A stretch of DNA of 64,000 bases from the NCBI RefSeq assembly GCF_000143415.4, contig NW_003314276.1:106766-170765 (forward strand), given 5' to 3'. Below the pieces are notes generated by a model. That model saw only the letters and a list, made by a program, of their open reading frames with translations, made no database searches and was not told the DNA's origin. Shown here piece after piece: positions 12,903 through 24,143 of the stretch. Numbering within the stretch: position 1 is the stretch's first letter; each line of letters begins with the position of its first letter. Made by a program: the position numbers and the translations under genes. The stretch is from Selaginella moellendorffii. Taxonomy: Eukaryota; Plantae; Lycopodiophyta.

Positions 12903-15368
12903 ATGTCAATACTTCCTGTCGCGCTTTTGCTGTTATGGCATTCAGCCATTTTTGGTTCAGGAAAACATTTCACTGCTAACTCGCTTGCCGCAGCTCGAAT
13001 CACTGATGCCGTTTTGTTTCTTAATGAACTCGACCCAAGTGTTCTGGATGAAGAATGCCGAGGGCAGCTCCAAACAATACAGGTTTGATACAAAAACAAT
13101 CCAAACATCTTTTGCTTTCAGCTTGGCCTTCTTAGGTCAACCGAAGCCTTGCAAGCAGGCGAGAACAACGATGCAATCGGAGAGATAGGTGTGGCAGAAG
13201 CAAGCCTGGACACATGCCTTTTGACTATGAGAAAATTGAAATCTCCTGAAGCACGCAGGGCTCGCTCTAGCCTTCGAAAAGTTGGTCTAAGCGTCTCGAC
13301 TGCTGATCAATTGATACAGATATCCAATGAAATTCACACTTTGAGACACCCTCCTGAAGCATCCCCGGTGCCTTTAAACACCCGACCGAAATTTGCAATA
13401 AGCCAAGACCCCCCACATCCAAGTATGTCAAAAATTCCTACAGCAGCGGATATTTTTAAAATACCACCAAAATCTGGATCTCCTCAAACTAATGAAAAGG
13501 TCGTTTCAACTATGCCGGTCTCATCAACGCCTTTCAAAACGGGCGTGGTAGAACAACACACTCCAAGCTTGTATTCGTCATCTAATAGCCCGAAGTTCAC
13601 AACAGCAGACGATACAGATCCACCAACAGACTCAAGCCACATGAAGACAAGTTTGCAAAATGGCCCCCAGTTTTCAACCTCAGGTGATTACATCTCTAAC
13701 AACTGACACTAAATTACACTTTCAATGTTGTCAGACTCGGTCTTTCGGCCCAATACTACTGTTCCAAATTCAGCCATATATCTTTCTGGGCTAACTCCAA
13801 CGACTGCTTTACGACAGTCAGGGGAACCTTTGTCGTCAATTCTAGTTGACTTCTGCTCAAACCATGTAGACAGGAAAGGAAACAACGTTATCATGCATTT
13901 GGACAAAGCTTGTGGTATGTGGCTAATTTCACCTGATTTGGCCTCGCTGAGGACTTTAAAATGCAGGAGCAAAGTTTCATTCTGCAGACATGTTTACTTC
14001 AGGGGTGTTCTCTGCCTGGATACGAACTGCAGTAAAATCAGTTGGTGTTAGCAGCAGTTTTTATGTATACTGTGACTGGTGATTTATAGCGCTTATACTA
14101 ATGCCTGAATACATGCAGATAACCTCTAATGACCACACACCAGATGCAATTAGCTTCGAATTTTATGGAAATCAACCAAAAAGGCTAACAACAAGCTATA
14201 CAGTGCAAGGAATATCCGATAACAACAAACAGACTTTTGCAGTTTCTTTTGATACATCTCTTAAATTTCACAAGTACACCATCAAATGGGATACCGAAGG
14301 CATAATGTAAGGTATCTTCTTGTGTTTCTGTGAGTCATATTAAATATTAATGGCAGGTGGCTCGTGGATGACTTGCTATTTCGAGCAATTGCAAAGACAA
14401 GTGGCAAGCCTTATCCTGAAAAGCCAGGAGGTCTATACGGGCTGATTTGGGATGCCTCCCATGCTGGTTTAGCTGGCACAATCGATTGGCAGAACAGTCC
14501 TTTCACCATCTACTACACCGATATTCTTGTTTCGTCGCCTCTGCTTTCTGGAACATGGAGGTTACCACCTCAAACGACAATACCGTCTGAATCTATCCCT
14601 GCACCAATGCGTCCCCTCGTGATTGATTATTGTGGATCTAATGTGGAGGTCACAGACACTGATATTGAAATAAAACTCGACGTCCAGCCAAAATGCGGTT
14701 CGTGAATTTTTTGTTAGTTATCTTCTAAAATTTCTTCATGTTACTAGGTGGTAGAGTTCGATCTGTTTCTAGGTATCTTGAAGGAGCATTCACTGCCCGA
14801 GTAAAATGCTCTGCAGGCGACACGAGTGGTCTCGTCTCAAGCTTTTACGTATGTTTTATACAGCTTTAGTTGCTTCTATGTTTAAAAATTTTAGTATTTT
14901 GGCAGTTATCATCTCTTGAAGGAAATGACGATGCTGACGAGATTATCTTTGAATGGCTGGGCTTTAACAAGCATGTTGTTCAAACCAATTTTCGTGTGAA
15001 CGGTCGTGCTGCTAACGACGAGGTCATCGATTTGAACTTTGATTGTTCACTGGGCTTCCACAAATACACAATTAGATACAGCAAACAACACATCCAGTTA
15101 AGGTTCTTTGTTTAAGCTGATCTTTGGTTAATCTTTCTCTATTCTTTTTGGCAGATGGGTTGTTGATGAACGTCTTTTGAGGACTGTAACCTTTTCACAG
15201 CAGTCATTGCTTGCAGGGACACCTTATCCTGTGAAACCCATGTATGTCTATTCGTCAGTGTGGAACGGCTCAGATGTGAACAATGGAAAGTGGGCTGGAA
15301 CGTGGCATGGCACTGGTTTGCCTTATACAGTTCTATTCAGCGATATAACTATAACATCCTCAGAGTGA
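12903..15368 (+). CDS. Secreted PMEI-like + Pro/Ser/Thr linker + tandem EG16/XTH-like GH16 protein (684 aa). Exons 12903-13082, 13122-13683, 13735-13914, 13967-14064, 14119-14306, 14357-14697, 14748-14848, 14906-15096, 15155-15368
   Basis: All 8 introns are GT..AG (39-58 nt), and the exons sum to 2055 nt in one open frame. N-terminus MSILPVALLLLWHSAIFG is signal-peptide-like. The helical domain has EC-x39-C ending LDTC. GH16 motifs: SSFY|ITSNDHTPDAISFEFYG...FHKYTIKW...PEKP and GDTSGLVSSFY|LSSLEGNDDADEIIFEWLG...VQTN...FDCSLGFHKY...PVKPMYVYSSVW. An additional in-frame 39-nt intron at 12955-12993 is possible. Confidence 0.88.
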
Positions 15369-15765
15369 TTGGAAATCTGTGCCAAAATAAGCATACCATC
15401 CAAGGTAGAATCCAATGAGAAACTATCTTTTTGCATTTTATTGCATCTTATTTCTCCTCCTCAATTGCCTTTATAATCACACCATTTCTGCAATAGCGAG
15501 CTTCTATATTACATTACAAGCCTCAGCACTTTTCTTGGTATAACCTTCTTCCCGTTTTCTTTTGCTTTATTGAACGTGAAGGCACCCGTTTTTCCCTGGT
15601 GTCCTTTTTGCGTGTTTTCGTCAAAACACTTTTATCACTGCTATGACAAGTTTTAGCTTTCCATTTGTACGTTTTTTTCTGCTAAAACTCTTGATGAGTT
15701 TGAAGATAACAAACCTTTAAATTAATTTTTCTCATTCTAGAATTGAATGTTAGCATCCTTCCATA

Positions 15766-16198
15766 TTATCCGGATTTCTTTAAGTATGCTATTAAATCGG
15801 CCCTGTCTTGAGGTTTCTTTAATCCAGGAAAAACCATCTTGTTCCCTGGCATAAACTGCAATATTTTAAATTCAGAACCTTTATAATTTTCAAACAGCTT
15901 TTCTGACCTTCTTGGGATTCAAAAGATAGTCATATAACGTATCGTCCTTCCAGGTAACCTTCGCATTCCTGTTTGCCTGAGAGAAAGAAAAACCAGGAGC
16001 TGTCCCAGAAACTCGCCCAACAACTCCGTTGAGATTTGGGCCTACAAATTACGCAAAGTTAACTGCAGTGGTTTTCAGATGGGTACCTTGTTTGTGGCCA
16101 CCCCCCTTCTCAATCGTGTGACAAGCAGAACATTTGGTCTTAAACAGCTTTTCTCCACTCGCTGCATTCCCGGCTGGGGCATCCTTAAAAGTTGCCAT
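15766..16198 (-). CDS. CYTC: Mitochondrial cytochrome c (111 aa). Exons 16198-16087, 16041-15908, 15855-15766
   Basis: [43 protein letters not shown]...[44 protein letters not shown]. CxxCH heme motif and Met80 ligand present; GT-AG introns of 45 and 52 nt. Confidence 0.97.
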
Positions 16199-16315
16199 AA
16201 CCTAAACCTAGTAAATACCTCCACGTGTACCCTCTTTATCCTCCAGCAGAGCGAGATCCGCAACGAGCTGATTTTACACCGATTCACAAGCAGCAGTGAG
16301 ACCTACAAACCAAAC

Positions 16316-17566
16316 ATGGTAATAAGAGAGGTAAAGTTTAGTACTTACACAATTTACAACCCTAAAAAGTTCTCGGCAGCAACTATGGACGACTAGAGAG
16401 TGTGAGAAGCTTAGTAGAATAGAGAAACAAGAAACACTGCGCTTTGGACTGTTAAGAATCATGCAGATGGCGAACAACATGAAAAGTTGGAAGAGGCACT
16501 AGAGAGTTTGTTTATGTCGGTGAGAAGTGTTTTTTCAAGGAGCCGGCTGAATATGATGTAATATCCACTCAAGTAGTCTTCACTGTTTGCATATTTAAAA
16601 AGATTCTCCTGATAGAGCTGGAAACATGCTGGCACTTTAAAGTACGTGCATTACTGAAGTCTTGGTTCTAATTGAGATAATCGAGATAGTGAAACTAAAA
16701 AACGATTTGCAGATTGATAAGACCAGGGATTATGAAAAGTTCTGTCGCTCAAATATAAGCTTCTTTGTTTCCATTTCTGCGAAGTGCAAAGAGCTGATTC
16801 AATTTTTAAAAATTCAATTTGAGTCAGCTGAAAAAGGGGACAAGGAGACAACAAGAAGCAATGATGAGAAACTATACAATTTGAAAGGATGGCACGTTCC
16901 ACTATTTATCAACCTTTTTTTCCATCTTCCCTCAAGCGTAGGATTGTGGAAAATCTCTAATCCTGTGCAATACTCGTTGACATTTTCGTGCTGAAAACGA
17001 TGTCTTGCTGTAGGGGAACAGCTTGAAAAGCCTGACATAAACTTTAAACAGATGGTATCCTTAACACAACTCTATATTAAGGACAACCAGCTTAAATCCG
17101 TAAGCTAAGAAGGTAAGTCTTTATGATTGAAATCACCCATTTATTTTCTATCCTAGTCCTTTAGTATGAAAAACAATCTTCATCACCTTCCTACAGCACT
17201 CTAGAATTTGAAATATTGAGGGTTGCTTTTCCTTTTCAAGCTGAATCTTGTGTCACCTGCCAGATCTCGCGTATTCAATCCACTTTAATTTTGTAGATGG
17301 TATGCAGACGTTTGGTGTGTGCAAAGAGCAACATCTAGACACGCCAATTCTCACATGTTTGTAAATTTTTAGAAACTGCCGGATCAAATATCTTCAGAGC
17401 TCTCAGAAGTTTTAAGTGTATAAATGTTGCTGGAACCAAAGACGCAGCATTGGAAGGGGGCTACCTCACTCTCATAGTCATGAATTAACACCCTCGTTAG
17501 CTTTTCAGATGTATTAACAAAATTGCTGAGGAACTTTCAGTAAATTTTGAGGCTATCAGCGATTGA
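16316..17566 (+). CDS. Probable multi-exon gene or pseudogene of unknown function, divergent from cytochrome c
   Basis: Short coding-like blocks bounded by GT..AG (MVIRE|QLWTTRECEKLSRIEKQETLRFGLLRIMQ; IDKTRDYEKFCRSNISFF; IAEELSVNFEAISD*). No family recognised and the full frame was not resolved. Confidence 0.35.
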
Positions 17567-18236
17567 AACACTTTAGTGGCTACTTTGCTCTGCAATTAAT
17601 GTGTCCTCTCATTAGAGCCCGATAGACGGGCTAAGGTTAGCAAAGAAATGGCAAAGTGGTTTCTGTCTAGGCCTTATTGTTATGTCAATGCTTTTGCCGC
17701 AGTGTTTTGTCCAAAACATAATGTTGATATAGATAAAGACAGGCGGACAATCATTATGAGCCTTGGAACTGCCTCTCACTGCTACCAACACTCTGGTGCC
17801 TCGCTGCTCCTTGGAGTTGGAGTTGGCAACCAGCCGAACAATCTCACCACTGACAACAGCGCACGTAGTTGGGGATGTGTTTGATCTCTTTTATTGCCTT
17901 AAGATTTTCTTGTTTTGGATAATGAAGAGTGTGGGGAAGAGGCTAGCTTCCTGTATGTGCCTAAGTGTCCTATGAAGAAGTGGCATATTTGTGCACACAA
18001 AAGAGGTTATTTAAACTTTGTTTATCTAAAACTTAAGCAGCAAGTTGTTGGAAGGAAACAGTATGTTCAAGGCGTGAAGATGAGTGACATTATAATATGC
18101 CCTCAATACGTTGCTTGAGAAGCAAGCAGAGCACAAGAGAGCAATTTTTCCCAATTGATCTTTCTCATTTCTTCCTTTCACTTCCTATTTTTTTCTTTCT
18201 TAAAGCTATTAACATGTTTCCATTTTGTAAGTGTCA

Positions 18237-18618
18237 ATGTCTTGACCTTCAAAGTATTTATTTCAATGAGGGTGAGGAAGAGATCTCATTACAAAGAGGC
18301 CATAAAACCAAACTAACGGAATGGTTTGAACTAAACAAGACTGGGATGTTCCTGGAGAGAGAGTCGTTGACATTTCAGATGCCTACAAAGTAAGGTATCT
18401 ATTCAGTGCCACGTGTTTGTTTTGCAAGCTCATTGATCCCAAAAAAACTATGGGATAAATTCAAGGAAGGCATATGTGAAGACCTAACACGAATTCACAA
18501 CAACTATGAGACAGCAGTGCAACATGGATTGCATGAAATGTCAATATTACTCCAGGAATATGGCAAGAAACTTTCCGACTACAAATTACCAGACCCAGAT
18601 TTTATAAGAGACAATTAA
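18237..18618 (+). mobile_element. Helitron Rep/helicase remnant
   Basis: LQSIYFNEGEE...HKTKLTEWFELNK and PKKLWDKFKEGICEDL...GLHEMSILLQEYGKKLSDYKLPDP match the region between the Rep and PIF1 helicase domains of Helitron RepHel. Internally deleted. Confidence 0.75.
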
Positions 18619-18876
18619 ACAACAACCGAAACAAGCTGTGTATATTCTTTAAGAGGCTAGCCATAAAGAAAAAACAAAATTCGCCCTCCATGTGTCACCT
18701 ATATCATCGTATTCCTCACAAACCCTAGCAATTCCAGCTGCAAGATGGTACCAAATTCAACTGAGAAATATGTATTTGGATGTCAATTCTAATCTAAAAT
18801 ACGAACTAAAACATTCTAATACTTCCTCTGGCGAGATTAACACCATCTCGGAAATTCAGCGAAGTTATACATCAGG

Positions 18877-19130
18877 TTAGATTTGGATTCTATGTTCCGT
18901 TTGTGAGGACAAACTGCTCGCCAAGAATATCTTGAGGCATTTGCCAAAGAGCTCCTGGGCTTCTTCAAGCCGGGATCTCTTTGAGTATTCCATATCAATC
19001 TTTTCGTCCCTCCAATAACCGATCAATAACCGACCTACGCATACATTATTGTCTAGTTTACAGCATTGTGCTGAGACGGGCATGCTCTGAATGAGCTCTC
19101 TAGCTTGTAGGTAGTCCTTCAATGCTTTCT
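18877..19130 (-). pseudogene. PPR-like fragment
   Basis: YLQARELIQSMPV and RLEEAQELF resemble helix motifs of PLS-class PPR proteins. Short and degenerate. Confidence 0.3.
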
Positions 19131-19823
19131 CTCGATAAAGAGATTATCTCAAGACGAGGAGGACATGACTCATGCCCTCGAGTTGAGAGTGGCCATCATC
19201 GGCCTGGTGACGCTGTGGATTGTGATCGCTCTCGTTGCTGGTTTGTAAGAACCTCACCTGGATAAACTTCCGACTCGATCAATCACAGGCGAGATTCCAT
19301 AATAAGTGACTCTCGTTTGCTGTTTGTGCTGGTCCTTCGGCACCTCACAAGCGGTAGCAGGAGAAGCTAAAGGAAGCAGGCCGAAGAAAAGAAAGTCACT
19401 CTTTCATTCTTGCAATGGAGAGACTAGACTCGACACTGAGTTGTGAGCAAAGCCTTGGGAGCAAAAGATTATGTTGAGGAGATGATCCAGAAGAAGCTTC
19501 TCAGCTTTCCACTATTGAATTTGACAGGTACTTATCTGCTCTCTGCTCTTTGATTGATTTTTCTGGTTGATGAATGCTTGCTAGCACTCACAAAGCGGCA
19601 GAAAGTGGATGATGATTCATACCAAGCTACTATCAAGATGAAAACGGAGGAGATGCTGGCAGTTCTGGAGTCTCTAAGGCTTGGTACGGATTGGAAGGTT
19701 GAGGATGAAAGCCAGGAGGATTGGTTTTCATGTCTGGCAGTCTGGCTGCCACATCATCAAAATTCCATGTATATTCTATAAAAAAGAATATACTTTTGAT
19801 ATACCTTGTAAAATATATATATA

Positions 19824-19924
19824 CTAGCAAGGAATCCAGCTCCGCTGGAATAGATAGAACATCTGTTATATAGGTGACATGAATCCTAAAGAAATAGTTG
19901 TTTGTTTTCATCACCCAGTAGAGA
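19824..19924 (-). mobile_element. Miniature non-autonomous Helitron (may extend to 20020)
   Basis: Minus strand: A|TCTCTACTGGG...TCCAGC-GGA-GCTGGA-TTCCTTG-CTAG|T, i.e. TC start, subterminal GC-rich hairpin, CTAG end and A/T target. Confidence 0.65.
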
Positions 19925-19940
19925 TGATGTATATTTATAA

Positions 19941-19943
<3 letters not shown>

Positions 19944-20020
<77 letters not shown>

Positions 20021-20031
20021 TATATATATAT
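19944..20031. repeat. (TA)n microsatellite
   Basis: About 88 bp of TA with one G at 20019. Confidence 0.99.
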
Positions 20032-20409
20032 TATTCTGGGATTAGACACCATGATCAATGCCTTTGTTCATTGTATCTCTCTCATTCATCATGACCCCAT
20101 ACCCAAGAATCAGTAGCATGGGTTTAACACCTAATTTGTTTTTTTAATTTCCGGTCACAAGTACATTGACAGCAAGAGAATGGGTAGTTATACCAGTGAT
20201 CCAACAGAGATCATATTTTTGACACGCTCCAGTGGTTTTATTTTGAACATTTAATTTCCCAAAAATATGTGTTTGAGGATGCCTGAAATTAACAGTGATT
20301 TATGCCTGAAAGTAGCAGCAATTTTCTAAGAAAATTTGAGGATTCTAATCAATAAGTATAAGCTGTATGGTAAAATCTAAGTGAATTTGCAAGAAAAAGA
20401 AATGTAGTA

Positions 20410-20593
20410 TCAAATGAAATGCTCCAAGGTTCCTCTAAGCCGACAGGCTAAATGTATAATTTTCGAGCTGGTTGATAAATTCTATAATCTTTTTGTGTGT
20501 GTTATTTGAATACTTACTTATTGTGACTCTTTTGCCATGAAGGGCACATAAATTGATGGCTTCAAAGAGTTGGACAAGGTAGTCCTCAGCAGC
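20410..20593 (-). pseudogene. CENH3: Centromeric histone H3-like 3' fragment (last two exons plus intron)
   Basis: ag|AAEDYLVQLFEAINLCALHGKRVTI|gtaag...cag|(1-nt frameshift)IHLACRLRGTLEHFI*. The exon boundaries match the penultimate exon of plant CENH3. Confidence 0.75.
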
Positions 20594-21026
20594 CTGTTGC
20601 TCTTTGATGGAACACTATGCATGCATGACAGTTGGAACCTGATGATTTTGATCCTTTTATGTCAAACTGGTCTTTTCTTTTTAAATACTAATAACACTTT
20701 TTCATAGACTAATATTACTTTTGTTCTATAAAGTCTAATCTACAACAATTCTTTCTTCATACATATGTCAAGCATATCTTCGGCATCATCGAATGGATTG
20801 TATTCGAATATTTCTTTAGCAAAGTCCGGACTAAATTGCAGCACAATGCCTTCAAGACGGATTGGCTTCCAGTTTTCCACCCCTCGCTTTGGATGGTACT
20901 CATTTTCAAGGTAAATTAGAAAAGAGAAACATAATTTCAGCTGGGATTTATATTATATTTAACATGGATGTTGTGGAAAATGCTAATCTTGAAGATTAAA
21001 AATGATTTTTAAAATTATTCTGATTT

Positions 21027-21629
21027 GTTGAGGAAGATTTGCGAAGCACAAAGGCAAAACATAAAGACTTTCAGAAGCAAGTTGTAAGAATCTCAAGAGA
21101 ACTGAGTTTTACAACCAAACACGTTTTATCGGCCCTTTACTAAACCGGCCATAGTCTATTGTTTAGCAAGATTGGCCAAAGTTAATGTTATAAGCCTCAT
21201 TATAATAAGAATCAAGCAGTGTCTACCTACTACCTTCTAAATCTCCTTCAAAATCTTCAAAATCTGTGCATACTTGCACACATCTTGGATAGGAGAAATC
21301 CCAACAGATTGCAATGCAGTCCCGGCATGCTGCAAATTTGGAGAGCCAAGTGCTGAATTTCCTACAAAATAAAGAGTAGGATCTTGAAAGGCTTCTTGAA
21401 TGTTCTTTCCTTGCTGCTCTATGGTTATCTAGCATGTTAGATGAAAGTCTGTAAGAATTCACCAGCAATCGTCCAGTCTTGAGCATGTTGCTACCAACTC
21501 TAAAGTCATGTACAGTTGACCAGCTTCTAGCTTTGTATGAGCACTGGGTCGTGGTGCAGGGATTTATCTGGGGAATCAACTCCTTCGATAATGGGGTGTG
21601 AACTCGGCAATGTAAACTTGGCTTTCCAT
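21027..21629 (+). repeat. Left arm of ~600-bp inverted duplication (partner 24144-24736)
   Basis: Near-identical reverse complement; the ORF track gives the same peptide at 21223-21783(-) and 24287-24526(+). Confidence 0.95.
21440..21612 (+). pseudogene. PGIC: Cytosolic glucose-6-phosphate isomerase C-terminal fragment
   Basis: [47 protein letters not shown] matches PGI GNRPS...GQLLA(I/L)YEH...WGINSFDQWGVELGK. Frameshifted. Confidence 0.85.
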
Positions 21630-22439
21630 TAGCAGTGAAGGTTATATAAAATTTAAAGAAAAAGTACTTATAATGGCAGCCTCCAAAGACACACATAGTT
21701 GGCTGAGTTCTTAGAATCTGGTGATGCTTGCAGGCTTCTCTAAACTCAAGATAAGGGAGATCACGATTCATGAGAGAAAACACTAAAAGTGTACCTGATA
21801 GTTACTTGCTGTAATCAGCGTGAATCTCATACCTTCTTGGAAACTCTGTAAATCATAGTTTCCAGCAAGCTCCTGATGCATTGTATTGCTGTGCAAACAG
21901 GACTTAGTTAAAAAATAAATGAAGACCTTATTTTTAACAACCTTATTGTCTTGTGCCAGAAGTGAGACAAATTAAATGCTAGACTGCAACTCTTCTTGAT
22001 GATGCTGCTGTTCTCAACATTTGGTCCATGGTCATAAAAGCTATGCATGTCCTCCAAAGACCTGTGATGAGAAACATTTGGGACTTACAAACAGCCTCTA
22101 CAATGTACTTGGCAAGCCTGCCTTTGAGTATCTTCTTGTCTTTGAGTTTCATCCTGTTGAGGCAGTGACTTCAAAGAAGGATTCGCTCCTTGTGATAAGT
22201 CAATAAGTGACAGGGACAAATTAGAATAGTGGAGGCATGAGAATGCATAAGGTATCATATTGTATGAGGTACAATTCAGTAAAGTACTTTTTTCTTTTAT
22301 AACTACAGAAGTTTTGAAACTCTTACAGAATAGAAGTCTCGTGGTCTTGGATGTGGCAAGTAAGAAACTTTGCTGTTGGGATCCAAGGCAGTCCACCTCA
22401 AACCCCAGATAAAGGAATAATGGCACAAATAATAGATCT

Positions 22440-22675
22440 TTACCTGTAATAACGAAGTAATGGACGACAATGAAGATTTGAAGCTTGGCAAGTTTGTAAG
22501 TTCGATTTCCCATCCCAAAGGGTGTGAACGTGAATGGAGATACTCCATATTTCTAGTTAAAAATCCCAGCCAGAGTTACAGAGCATGGGTGAGAATCTCG
22601 TACCTCCCAGCTGGATTGAACTTTTCCGGATCAGGGTGGATCCATATGTACTTGTCTTAGCCACGCTTCCAAATC
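22440..22675 (-). pseudogene. Cytochrome P450 CYP88/KAO-like C-terminal fragment
   Basis: EAWLRQVHMDP..PDPEKFNP (PERF-type region), then FTPFGMGNRT-(heme Cys lost)-KLAKLQIFIVVHYF. Confidence 0.7.
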
Positions 22676-22809
22676 ACTTGAACATCACTTGAGAGAAGGA
22701 GACTCACTATTAAACTCGAGGTCTAACAAGGCTCTTCTAAAGACCATTGGGGATATTTTTTGCAAGTTGCAGTGTTTCATTGAGAGTAACTGAGAATCAA
22801 ACGAAACAA

Positions 22810-23540
22810 ATCTCGCCATGTAAGATTGTACTGCCTGAGCAAAACCAGGCTTGTACGAGAAGAGCAGCCCACAGAAAAGCTTCCCATCGATGGACGCTTC
22901 TAATATGTATCTGTAGTTGAATATGTCGCTTACTCTAGCCTCGAACATCTTCTCGCCTAGCAGCTGAAGATGAGCTTGAAACTCTGTAGCATGAGTTTGA
23001 CAGGGAAAAATTGGAGAGGTCCAAGTTTTTCTGCAGATACCTTTGTGAGATGAAACCAAGCTCTTGTCCGCATCCCGTTGCTTGTCTAGCACGAATGGCG
23101 TGGCACGATACTCTTGCCACCTTCTCTTAAGTTCCTTACGCATGGATAGCTTTGGTTCTGATGGATCTTTCCCCCTCAGCATCTCTTCACAGAAAAACGG
23201 CAACCATATTGTCAAGAATGGCAGCAATGTCATTTAAAGAAGAAGCCAACCTGTGTCAAGGAAATACATGTCATCCAGAGCTTCAAGCTCTTCGTTATAT
23301 CCCCCATAGAAGAATCATATGCCTCACTCTGCGTCCACGGAATCTCCTGCAAGGGAGAAACGTGGAGAAGGCCCGGGACCAGAGGGATTCGAAGTTGCCC
23401 AAACACCAGTTGCTACAAAATACGTAAAAGCCCCATGAGAGACTCACGTACTTTCCATGGCTGATTGTTGTGTGCCTGGCTCTTAGCATCAGCTCCGCAC
23501 CAGTCGTCTTTACCTCCCGCCATGCCATTGTTTCTGGAAA
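22810..23540 (-). pseudogene. Kelch-repeat protein 3' half (plant family with C-terminal FEARV...IDGKLF.GLLF motif)
   Basis: ETMAWREVKTTGAELMLRARHTT; GPGPSPRFSLAGDSVDAE*GI*FFYGG...LDDMYFLDT|; EPKLSMRKELKRR; GEKMFEARVSDIFNYRYILEASIDGKLFCGLLFSYK. In-frame stops; introns retained. Confidence 0.75.
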
Positions 23541-24143
23541 CGCAAATGAATTCGCAAGTTTAAAACCAGCACAATGTATGTACCTGTGTCCAGAATATAA
23601 AATCATTTTACACACGTTTGTAAAGCATTTCAAATTTATAATAGGCATCTGGGCTGTAAATCTCGCCTGAAACTTCTGTCCAAGGGATTCTCAAAGGTTG
23701 ATGTAAACGCAACCTGCGTGTTTCCTGGCTCTCACCATTTTCCAAAGAGGAAGTCATTTCGTTCTGAAACCATGTACTATAAAGATAACCCTAACCAACT
23801 TTTATCTTGCAATACTTTACTTTGTCACAAATATCTTAAATCATTTTCCTTTGTTACATTGGGCAATAAGATATTATTCAGCAAGTTGGGTTGTGCTGCA
23901 GCACAGATTGCTTGTGTTCTTTAGCCGTGATGTACCTGCAAAGCTCAAGAGCTCACTCATTATCAAAAAGTTATGAAGTCATGCTCTGTCCAAGTTCTCT
24001 CACCTTTAAATAACGGTTGAGCAGCATTGTGAACTATGATTAGATCATTCTATGGGCTTTCGTTTGTTTGTGAAGCATTCATCTGTATGCAAACTCGGGA
24101 TGCAAGCACCTGAAAAGATTGGATTTTCAATTAGTTTCAGATG

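Noticed and set aside
13704-13712. Stop codons apparently ending the linker ORF before the GH16 domains
   Set aside because: They lie inside a 51-nt GT..AG intron (13684-13734) whose removal joins the frames.
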